Assembly: GCF_006345805.1 (NCBI RefSeq)
Contig: NC_043016.1
Location: forward strand, 17,980,001 to 18,044,000
Direction: 5' to 3'
Length of the DNA: 64,000 nucleotides
From: Octopus sinensis
Lineage: Eukaryota
The position numbers were made by a program, and so were the translations under genes. Below, one piece after another: positions 53,711-64,000 of this stretch; the stretch's first letter is position 1, and each line of letters starts with the position of its first letter. Under the pieces are notes generated by a model. The model did not search any database. It was not told where the DNA came from and saw only the letters and a program-made list of their open reading frames with translations.

Positions 53711-53766
53711 CTATTATACAAGACCAAAAATTGAGGAAGAAGAAAAGCGCTACTTTGAATAAAGAT
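53711..53766 (+). CDS. Coding exon 3 (A-IIQDQKLRKKKSATLNKD), 56 nt, phase 1-0
   Basis: Strong acceptor ccatttccttctgcAG| and consensus donor gat|GTAAGT; frame fits exon 2 (G|CT = Ala); basic KLRKKK stretch is NLS-like. Confidence 0.85.
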
Positions 53767-53895
53767 GTAAGTGAAATGACTATATATATTTTTTGGCTTC
53801 TTTCTGTTTTTGCTAGTTTTTGTTTTTGTTTGATTTTGTTTTTCTTAATTCAGTGACTCTGTCAAATCTGTTGTGCTCCAATGTTCAGTTTTGGC

Positions 53896-54280
53896 GTGGA
53901 GGCGCAATGGCCCAGTGGTTAGGGCAGCGGACTCGCGGTCGTAGGATTGCGGTTTCGATTCCCAGACCGGGCGTTGTGAGTGTTTATTGAGCGAAAACAC
54001 CTAAAGCTCCACGAAGCTCCGGCAGGGATGGTGGTGATCACTGCTGTACTCTTTCACCACAACTTTCTCTCACTCTTACTTCCTGTTTCTGTTGTACCTG
54101 TATTTCAAAGGGCCGGCCTTGTCACTCTCTGTGTCACGCTGAATATCCCCGAGAACTACGTTATGGGTACACGTGTCTGTGAGTGCTCAGCACTTACACG
54201 TTAATTTCACGAGCAGGCTGTTCCGTTGATCGGATCAACCGGAACCCTCGTCGTCGTAACCGACGGAGTGTTTCCATCCA
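53896..54280 (+). mobile_element. tRNA-derived SINE family B1 with ~11-bp TSD, 130 bp after exon 3
   Basis: TSD TCAGTTTTGGC at both sides; near-identical to the 34545 copy. Confidence 0.9.
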
Positions 54281-57200
54281 TCAGTTTTGGCTCCATGCAC
54301 TCTTTCTCCTGTGCCTCAAAAACCTTTTTGCCATTGCCCTCTATCAATACCCTCTCTGTGCTACTGCTGCACACACAACTGTTTCAATAGGCTTCTCAAC
54401 TGATGGCCTATTACTATGTAGTCACCCTCAGACACCCTTCTCACTTCTGTCCTTTATATCTGCTATCTCCTCTCTTTTAGCCTGTGTCTTCCACTATAGC
54501 CCCGAGCCGACCGGAGCTTTGTGATTGAATTCGGTTGGCGGAAGTTACTGCCGTGTGTGTATGTGTGCGTATAGCTGCTCAGTGCCTCTCCGAAAGAGAG
54601 AGAGGGATTATAGTGGTCCCTGCCCTTTGCAGTTGGTTGCACTTGTACCTACTCCACTCAGACACTTTCAGACCTCTTGTCTCACCTTAACTTTCCATCA
54701 GTATTGTGCACTAATTTCTGTAGCCAGTTCTTCCTCTTTAGAAATTCCTTCTGGAATTTCTTAGCATGTTGCCCCCTGCCTTTTTTCTTTTCCTTAATAA
54801 CTCTTTAACCCTGATATCACCAGCACCTCTATTACTAATTTGGTCACTTAGGTGACAGAAGCTATCAACTATTTCTCTAGAGTTTTCCAAGTATTTGAAA
54901 GAATTTATTTCATGGGTGCTCTCACTATAAACTACTTGTGTCTATCCATTACATACAAAATATTCTCTGTTAAACTACTGCACCTCTTGTGCATCTGTAG
55001 TTCTAAATGGAATACACAGTAGAGACTTCCTAAACAGATTATGCTGTTAGTACTCCAGCATTATGTAAGCATCATCATCATCATCATCGTTTAGCATCCG
55101 CTTTCCATGCTGACATGGGTTAGATGGTTTGACTGGAACTGGTAAGCTGAAGAGCTGTACCAGGTTCCAGTCTGATTTAGCTTGATTTCTGTGGTTGGGA
55201 GCCCTTCCTCATGCCAACCCCTCCAAGAGTGTAGTGGGTGCCTTTTACTTGTTACCAACACAGGTGCCTTTTATGTATCACCGGCACAGGTGCCTTTTAC
55301 GTGTGTGTGTGTGTGTGTCCCAAGAAGACCATCCGAGTGTGATCGTTGCCAGAGCAGCCAACTGGCTTCCGTACCCGTGGCACGTAAAAGGGCACCATTC
55401 GAGCATGATCGTTACCGACGTCGCTTCACTGGCACCTGTGCCGGTGGGCACGTGTAAAAAGATTCGAGTGAGGTCATTGCCAGTACTGCCTGTGGCACAT
55501 AAAAAGCACCCACTACACTCTCGGAGTGGTTAGTGTTAGGAAGGGCATCCAGCTGTAGAAACTCTACCAGATCAAGACTGGAGCCTGGTGCAGCCATCTG
55601 GTTGCCAGCCCTCAGTCAAAACCGTCCAACCCATGCTAGCATGGAAAACGGACGTTAAATGATGATGATGATGATATATATATATAATATCAGAGAATGT
55701 TGTACCTTATATCACTATCCATTTTTTTCTGTGAGTTTCTTTGAAATACATTTTGGGGTGTCATCAGCATTAATATGTGGTTAATGTGGTTAGCATAGCT
55801 ATATATATAATGTGTGTGTGTTGGTCAGCAGGGTAGTATCAGTTGAAAGCTACAATAATAATACAGTGAAGCGCATTGTGCACAGCGATATATTACATCA
55901 TCCAATAGTCAATTCAGTACAGTGATACATGTGTATAACTTTACTCGTATCATCCTTGGTCTACCTCTTCTTTAGACATTTGGTCACTGCCTTCATTGTC
56001 AGTTCTTAAAACCTCTCCATATCACGCCATCATACTTCAGCTGGTGAATTTGAGTATTCAACTTAAATTATGTCTGTATAATGCATACCTTTCCTTCTTG
56101 GGACACAAAACTCTACTTGTGAAGTGAAAATCGAAATCGATCAACATCAATGGAAATTGTAGCTGTGATACCAGTGCCGGTGGCACATAAGAGAACCCTC
56201 CGAACTTGGCCATTGCCAGCGCCGCCCCGACTGGCCTCCATGCCGGTGGCACGTAAAAAAACACCATCTGATCGTGGCTGTTGCCAGCCTTGCCTGGCCT
56301 CCGTGCCAGTGGCATATACAAGGCACCATCCGGTCATGGCCGTTTGCCAGCCTTGTCTGGCACGTAAAAAGCACCCACTACAGTCATGGAGTGGTTGGTG
56401 TTAGGAAGGGCATCCAGCAGTAGAAACATTGCCAGATCAGACTGGGCCTGGTGCAGCCTTCTGGCTTCCCAGACCCCAGTTGAACCGTCCAACTCATGCT
56501 AGCATGGAAATCGAATGCTAAACGATGATGATGATATGTAGTTACAGGTGTATGTATATAATTTTTGCATGGTCCATCGTATTTTTGATATGAACACTCC
56601 TTTATCTAGTGTCCTATTTGTGGTGGGTTTGTTAATTTTTTTTTTAGCTTTCTTGAAGCATGGAGACTATCACTATCTTCTGTAATGGGATATTTCTTAG
56701 GCATTTTCCGCAGTTCTTTGATTAACTTCATTTTGAAAATGCTTATTTCACCATCATCATCGTCATTTAATGTCCTTCTTTGCTAGTATGGGTTAAACAG
56801 TTTGGCAGGAGTTTGCATGTCAGAAAATTGCACCAAGTTCTACTGTCTGCTTTGGTATGGTTTCTACAGCTGGATACTCTTCCTAACGCCAACCACTTTA
56901 CAGAGTGTACCGGGTGCTTTTTATGTGGCACCAACAGCAGGGAGATCAGTAAATAATTTGCAAGACAAGACTCCTCAACTAAGGGAGGTGAGAATAGTAT
57001 TGAGGAAGGGGGGCGCTTATGCTAGATGGGAGGTTAGAGAATGGGTTAAGAGACAGAAATTGTGTCTTTGCAGTATATACATGGCTATCTCTGTAGGAGA
57101 AAGTGAGAGAGAGATGAAGATTTGATGGGGGAGGGGTATAGTGAAGTGGGATTAAAGAGTGGATAGGGTGAGTGGGTGAGATAAGTTCACCACAGGCAAA

Positions 57201-58283
57201 GTTCACTGACATCAATTCACTGTTTTTTTTTTGTTTTTTCTTTGCAATAAATTAGTTTTTAACTGTTAATGGTGAGATACTATGGATATATTTTTCTCAG
57301 TAAACTTGATAAATAATTAGAAAGGTTATGCACATAATGGAGTGATGAATGGCTTTATTTAATGTTAATGTAACTGTTGTTATTTTTATAATTGTGATTT
57401 ACATAAATAGGTTAATGAGAGCATAATGTTGAAGGTGTTGGAGTGGTAGTATATATATCTTTAATTAAGGAAAATTATAAATAGATTTTATCAATTACTC
57501 ATTTACTCTTTTACCTGCTTCAGTTATTTGATCGCCTTTGGTTGAACAAATCGACCCCAGGACTTATTCTTTGTAAGCTTAGTACTTATCCTATCGGACT
57601 CTTTTGCCGAACCGCTAAGTTACAGGGACGTAAATACACCAGCATTGGTTGTCAAGCGATGTTGTAGGAACAAACACAAACACACAACACACACACATAT
57701 ACGATGGGCTTCTTTCAGTTTCCGTCTACCAAACCCACTCACAAGGCTTTGGTTGGCCCAAGGCTATAGTAGAAGACACTTGCCCAAGGTGCCACGCAGT
57801 GGGACTGAACCCAGAATCATGTGGTTGGTAAGGAAGCTACTTACCACACAGCCACTCATTATCAGAGTATAAGGTAATTAATAGAGAGAAAATATAACCT
57901 TGAATAATGGCTATATAACGGTTCCTGATGAACTTTTTTCATGGTGAATTGATGGCAGTGAACTTGTCTGAAATCCACAAAAAGATATTTCACATATTAC
58001 ATTTTTCTGTTTTGGAGGGGTAAAAATCCTTACTATATTTACTGTAGGTGTGTATAGTCCTCATCAGTGTGCTGCAATCAGTTTTCAAATTCTGTTGTAG
58101 ATCAGACAATTCTGCCAAAGAGCATTTTATAACTTGTTTTACTTTTCTTGTGTCTTTCGCTATTTTTTCCTTCCTCAGGTATCGTTCACCTGTGGCACAG
58201 TACATTTTTTAATTGGCCTTCATTTTCTGTCTCTAACACATCTCCATATCAAGACATCTCTCTTGCACACTTTGGCTTACCAT

Positions 58284-58988
58284 TTAACCCTTTTGACACC
58301 AACCTGGCTGAAATCGTATCTGGCTCTGTAGTACAAATGTCTTGTTTTCAAAAGTTCTGAATTAAAATCTTCCACCAAACCTTAGTCACAATTTATGTTC
58401 CTAACACTAGTTTAATGATAACTAAATTATTTTACTGAATTTTATATTTAAAATTAATTGAAAGAAACACAGAGAATCTCAACAGAAATATGGTAACAAA
58501 AGGGTTAAAATATATAATAGAGAAACAGTTCTTAACCCTTTTTGATACCAACCTGGCTGAAACTACCTCTGGCTCTATAGTACAAATGTCTTGTTTTCAT
58601 AAGTTTTGAATTAAAATCTTCCACCAAACCTTACTCACAATTTATGTTCCTAAGTTATTTTACTAAATTCTTTGTTATATTTAAAAATTAATTGTAAGAA
58701 ACACAGAGCATCTCAACAGAAATATGGTAGCAAAAGGGTTAAAATATATATAATAGAGAAACAATTCTTAACCCTTTCGTTACCAACCCATCTGAAACTG
58801 CCTCTGGCTCTTTAGTACAAATGTTTTGTTTTCATAAATTCTGAATTAAAGTCTTCCCCCAAACCTTAGTCACAATTTATGTTTCTAACTCTAGTTTAAT
58901 AACTGAATTATTTTACTAAATTCTTTGTTACAGTTAAAATCAATTGAAAGAAACACAGAGCATCTCGACAGAAATATAGTAACGAAAG
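58284..58988. repeat. Head-to-tail trimer of piggyBac MITE family 1 separated by a near-identical 23-25 bp spacer
   Basis: Units start at 58288, 58536 and 58772; spacers AATATA(TA)TAATAGAGAAACA(G/A)TTC lie between TTAA sites. Confidence 0.9.
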
Positions 58989-60359
58989 CATTAAACAGGC
59001 CATATCCAGCCCAAGTATTTGATTTTTATGTTCAAACTGACCAGATCTGTCCGATCAAAACTACCCTACAATATTGTCTTAAAAAAATAAATTATCAAAA
59101 TCTGAAAGATAATCTGTAAGATAATCCATGATCAATTCAAGACAATATGAATAAATAAGCTTTACATTTGAAAGAGTAATCAGGATGCTAAATGGTTAAT
59201 GTGCTTTCAGTTCATCTGTGCTTCTTTCATTTGAGTGACAGGATCCTTTCTGTTGCTGTCACAGTTTTATATGTTTTGAAAATTTTGTTCCTTTTGTTTT
59301 CAAGTTCAGTGTGCTGATGTAGTTTTGTATGCTAATTCATCATCATCATCGTTTAACGTCCGTTTTCCCATGCTAGCATGGGTTGGACGGTTTGACCGGA
59401 GTCTGGGAAGCCAGGAGGCTGCGCCAGGCTCCAGTTTGATCTAGCAGTGTTTCTACAGCTGGATGCCCTTCCTAACGCCAACCACTCCATGAGTGTAGTG
59501 GGTGCTTTTTACGTGCCACCGTCACGGTAGCCAGTCAAGGTGGCGCTGACATCGGCCACGTACAGATAGTGCTTTTACTTTCCACCACCACAGGTGCCAG
59601 GGGAGGCTGGCAACGGCCATGATCGGTTGGTGCTTTTTACGTGCCACCGGCACGGAAGCCAGTCAAGGCGGCGCTGGCATCGGCCACGTACAGATAGTGC
59701 TTTTTACTTGCCACCACCACAGGTGCCAGGGGAGGCTGGCAACGGCCACAATCGGTTGGTGCTTTTTATGTGCCACCAGCACGGAAGCCAGTCAAGGTGG
59801 CGCTAATTATGGAAATGAAATTAATTTCCCCCCATCAATTGATAGATAAAAAGTTAATAGCTTTTGAATAATTTTAGCCAGTTGAAAGCCAGACGTATTG
59901 GTGCCTGTTTCCATTGCAACAAACCAAGCTGTAGTCTGCTCCTCCCAAAAAGGATGTAACGAGTGTGTGTCTGTCAGAAAAAAAAAATACATAATTGCAT
60001 GGTTGCTCTCTTCCTCTTAGACTGTACTGTTTTTTTTTTTCACCTTTACTTATGGTAACGAAAGCATAATACAGTGAAGTGCATTGTGACATTTTTTTCT
60101 GGAGGCAGTCAACAATGTCCATGTGTACAGCAACCAGTAACAGCACTATCCCCGGTGTGAGAGGAAATACTCTGCTGTGGGCTTCAACTGAGCTTTGTAA
60201 AAGTAGGTCTACTAAGACCAAAACATATCTGGTGACCACACCTACTGAAGATGAGACTTGCTTCTCATTGCATGCTTCTGTTCAGTTTTTAATTGGCTTT
60301 TAGAGTTGTTGTTTTTTTTTTTGTTTACAAGATACATCACTACGGGTATAATTTTAATT

Positions 60360-60710
60360 AGCTGAGGAATTACAACCGTGTTTCGTGGTCTGCTACCACA
60401 ACAGCTCCTTTATAGGAACTATTTAGCTCAAGACATCATCAGGAGGAACCACGTCCGGTTTCGGCCCCTACTCCTCTACCCTTTTGACATGGCGGGGCAC
60501 CCCGCTTTCGGAGGTGTCTTCAGCTCTGGTGTTGGGTGCATGTCTTCTTTCTTCTTCTTTCTTCTGTTCCCTGGCCTCTTCAATGTATCGTCAGCAAGTG
60601 TCAGCCGGTGACTGACTGTCTTGTCAAATTTTTCCCTTTAAATACCTGCCGCATAGGCTCCAGGAGACAGCCCCAGCAAGTTGTCACGTGACGCTGTCTC
60701 ACCATAACTG
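60360..60710 (-). mobile_element. Probable Penelope-like pLTR relic with several hammerhead-core motifs
   Basis: Minus strand has TATTTAAA, then CTGACGA, CTGAAGA...CGAAACCGG, CTGATGA and GTGGT(AGCAG)ACCAC-GAAACACGGT; no intact ribozyme. Confidence 0.45.
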
Positions 60711-61665
60711 ACTACATTGTGCTTAACTGCATTCTCCATGCAGAGGGCATCCATAGGAAAGATACCCATGCCATCATTTTATTACCTCTCTTAGTCATCT
60801 TTATTATTGTCATATCTTTTTTACCCTTTAGCATTTTAACCAGACATCATCATCGTCATCATTTAGTGTCTGCTTTCCATGCTGGAATGAGTTGGATGGT
60901 CTGACTGGAACTGGTAAACCAGAGAGCTACACCAGGTTCCAATCTGATTTGACATTGTTTCTATGGTTGGACGCACTTCTTTACGCCAACTGCTCCAAGA
61001 GAGTAATGGGTGCTTTTTACGTGCCACCAGCATGTGTGTCATTTACATGACTCCGTGCCGGTGGCACGTAAAAAGCACCATCCGATTGTGGCCGTTTGCC
61101 AGCTTTGTCTGGACCCTGTGCCGGTGGCACGCAAAAAGCACCCACTACACTCACGGAGTGGTTGGCGTTAGGAAGGGCATCAAGCTGTAGAAACACTGCC
61201 AGATCAGACTGGGCCTGGTGCAGCCTTCTGGCTTCACAGACCCCAGTTGAACCGTCCAACCCATGCTAGCATGGATAGCGGACGTTAAACGATGATGATG
61301 ATGATCACTGGCCACAACTACAATTTCATAGGTGCCATGTACTTGACACTGGCAATGGACACAACTATGGTTTTACTTGGCTTTGATAAGTCATCTCGAG
61401 CACAGCGATATTGCTAAGGTCTCAGTTACTTGTCATCAACTCTATGAGGCCCAACATTTGAAGATCATGCTACTGGCAATGACTGCGATCCATCCAAAAT
61501 ATTTTACCAGTTTTATATTCAAATTGATCATATCCAGTCTCTCACGCCTACTCCACAATGTCATTCTAAAAACAAGCACTCACATCATTGAAACCACAAA
61601 GTTATGACATAATCCATGATTAATTCAAAACAATGTGAATAAACAAGCTTTATATTTGATAGAGT

Positions 61666-61969
61666 GGAGGCGCAATGGCCCAGTGGTTAGGGCAGCGGAC
61701 TCGCGGTTGTAGGATCGTGGTTTCGATTCCCAGACCGGGTGTTGTGTGTGTTTATTGAGTGAAAACACCTAAAAGCTCCACGAGGCTCCGGCAGGGGGTG
61801 GTGGTCCCTGCTGTACTCTTTCACCACTCTTTCTCTCACTCTTTCTTCTGTTGGCCTGCTCCCTTAGCCAGCGGGGTGGCGTCATTTGTAGGCTAAAACA
61901 ATGCGAAGTGCATTGTGACCAGCGATGTGTAACAACATCTGATGGCCTGGTCGGTCACGTGATCATGTG
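61666..61969 (+). mobile_element. SINE family B2 with 14-bp TSD, inserted inside a piggyBac-type MITE family 2
   Basis: TSD ATATTTGATAGAGT at 61652-61665 and 61970-61983. Confidence 0.9.
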
Positions 61970-62165
61970 ATATTTGATAGAGTAATCTGAATGTTAGATA
62001 ATTAAAAAACCTTAAACGCAACTTTACAAATGCTAATATCTTCTGTTTAATTATCAAAGACATTCCTATATTTGGTAAGATAAACACTTTAGTTGGCTGT
62101 TATTCCTGTCCTTGTTGGCTTATGACAAAATCTTTGTTTTTATGTTGTTGTTTTATAATTTTTAG

Positions 62166-62233
62166 GAAAAGGATGCCCAGCAAGCTGTTGAAAAACCAAT
62201 GGTCAACACTCCTGTAATAGCTAGACCAAAGTG
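62166..62233 (+). CDS. Coding exon 4 (EKDAQQAVEKPMVNTPVIARPK-W), 68 nt, phase 0-2
   Basis: Acceptor ttttataatttttAG| and donor aagtg|GTATGG; phase 0 start matches the exon 3 end. Confidence 0.8.
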
Positions 62234-62761
62234 GTATGGCATTTTTGCTTTTTTTTTTTTTTAAATTTTTCTTGCTGTGTCTTAAGAAGCTTTTGCTTTC
62301 CAAGAGCACATGGTTCCAGGTTCAGTCCTACTGTGTAACACCTTGAGCAAGTGTCTTCTACAGCTCCAAACCAGCCAGAACCATGTGAGTGGATTTAGTT
62401 AATGGAAATTCGATAAGCCCATTGTGTGTGTGTGTATGTATGTGTGAGAGAGTATATATGTAATGTGTGTGCGTGTGTCTTTGTGTTTGTCCACCACTAC
62501 CACTGGACAACCAGTGCTGGTTTGTTTACATCCCCATAACTTAGTAGTTCACCAGAAAGAGACCGATAGAAAACAAAAACAAAAGTGCTTAAGTCATTGG
62601 TGCAGGAGTGGCTGCGTGGTAAGTAGCCTGCTTACCAACCACATGGTTCTGGGTTCAGTCCCACTGCGTGACACCTTGGGCAAGTGTCTTTTACTATAGT
62701 CTCGGGTCAACCAAAGCGTTGTGAGTGGATTTGGTAGACGGTGACTGAAAGAAGCCTGTTG

Positions 62762-62796
<35 letters not shown>

Positions 62797-63729
62797 ATAT
62801 ATGTGTGTCTGTGTTTACGTCCCCTGTAACTTAGCGGTTCAGCAAAAGAGACTGATAGAATAAGCACTAGGCTTACAAAGAATAAGTCCTATGGTCGATT
62901 TGCTTGACTAAATGTGGTGCTCCAGCATGGCCACAGTCAAATGACTGAAACAAGTAAAAGAGAGAGAGCAAGTAAAGTTCTGGAGTCAGTGTGTTCTCAA
63001 ATGGGGTCTGTATAGGCCTTGCAGGTTCAAGCAAAGATTTGTTGTTAAAGTCTTTGTGCAGTAAATTGGTTATATTTCTGCAAAATGCAAAATATTTCAG
63101 CAATTTTCTTAATACAGTTCCTAATAATAATTAATTATAGAAATATAATAGGAGGTTTTTTTTCAAATATTAAAGAGGGTTCGTCGGAGAAAACTAGAAA
63201 TTAAAGGGGTCTGTAGATAAAAAATGGTTGGGGAACTCTGAGCCCTTTAGCAGGTGTCTTTTACCATAGCCTTGGGCCAACCAAACCCTTGTGAGTGGAT
63301 TTGGTAGATGAAAACTGAAAGAGGTCCGTCGTATGTGTGTGTGTGTGAGAGAGGAGGGTTTTTTCTCCAATGCTAAAGTTCCATTTGGAATAATGTGTAA
63401 AATAAACAGAAACGTTGATATAATAATATCGTATTTCTAGAGCAAACACAGGTTTGTTTACATTTATCGTATTAAAATTGCAGCTTTGCAGCATTCTGCT
63501 CAGTAGCTTTATAAATTCTAAAATTGTGGATTAATGTGTCAGTGGGCAGTTTAGCTTAATTGGTAAAGCACTTGACCGGTAATCATGGCTGGTTGTTGAC
63601 ATATTTTTTTCCGCTTTGTATGGATATTTTATCCAGCCTCTGCTGTTCTATCAGCACTTATGTGTTTGAAAATAAATAATCTTATTTGTATCTCTCAAAA
63701 TACTGATTATTTTTGTTATCTGTTTCTAG

Positions 63730-63809
63730 GAGAGTGAAAATGAAGAAAAAAGTTAGTTCCAGAATTGAAGACACTATTAAAACAATTGAAATGAAGATGA
63801 AGTCCGATA
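63730..63809 (+). CDS. Coding exon 5 (W-RVKMKKKVSSRIEDTIKTIEMKMKSD), 80 nt, phase 2-1; gene continues beyond the window
   Basis: Acceptor tttgttatctgtttctAG| and consensus donor gata|GTAAGT; TG|G = Trp joins exon 4 in frame. Confidence 0.85.
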
Positions 63810-64000
63810 GTAAGTTATTTGATCTTACTATTAGCATCATTGTATTCTTGGTTGTTTGATTGTTGATACTTACTATATACGCATGTGTATAAGATGGGCT
63901 TCTTTTTATTCTTGAATGTAACAACTAATTGGTTTGTATCCTATGCAACCGTGTTACAGATGGTTCATGATGAAACATAAAATTGTTTTGTTATTTGGGA

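Larger units (their letters stand above)
55070..61305. mobile_element. Cluster of SINE family C copies ((GAT)n tail, internal minisatellite) in both orientations
   Basis: Copies at ~55070-55290 (-), 55340-55675 (+), 56160-56535 (+), 56750-56940 (-), 59337-59804 (-), 60845-61040 (-) and 61050-61305 (+); others at 31140-31500, 43697-44420, 45860-46545 and 50612-50752. Confidence 0.85.

Noticed and set aside
53712-53762. Alternative frame of exon 3 (YYTRPKIEEEEKRYFE*)
   Set aside because: Phase is incompatible with exon 2, and it would end in a stop before a consensus donor.
53898-53975. tRNA-like sequence (also at 34850-34927, 61666-61740 and 18380-18452)
   Set aside because: Heads of SINEs with TSDs and long SINE bodies; no closed acceptor stem.
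58284-58988. CRISPR-like repeat-spacer appearance
   Set aside because: The repeats are ~200-220 bp transposon MITEs, the spacers are near-identical, there are no cas genes and the context is eukaryotic.

Overview
Eukaryotic, AT-rich, repeat-saturated genomic DNA. The SINE families, piggyBac-type MITEs, Helitrons and abundant (TA)n/(TATG)n/(TAA)n microsatellites look like those of an Octopus (coleoid cephalopod) genome; this is recognition from memory, not a database search. Almost all ORFs in the supplied track are microsatellite or transposon translation artefacts. One real protein-coding gene can be assembled by hand on the + strand from five small phase-compatible exons (39828-39957, 47650-47784, 53711-53766, 62166-62233, 63730-63809) and continues past the window end. 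Its N-terminus has a D-x-x-W-x-x-x-S-P motif in an in-frame symmetric exon 2 and a later TPxxA(R/K)xKxRxK motif, which together suggest a divergent ETAA1-like ATR activator (hypothesis only). It is preceded by an E2F + CHR-like promoter element. Positions ~2.5-39 kb appear intergenic and hold relics of R4/Dong-like, RTE, CRE-like, Penelope-like, Gypsy, Helitron and piggyBac elements. The most interesting non-gene signals are: several minimal hammerhead-ribozyme relics linked to Penelope-like elements; a ~420 bp intronic inverted duplication crossing two TE boundaries next to exon 2; a 1.1 kb tandem Helitron duplication just before exon 3; and a MITE trimer with a constant spacer. No rRNA, bona fide tRNA, CRISPR array or prokaryote-type system is supported.
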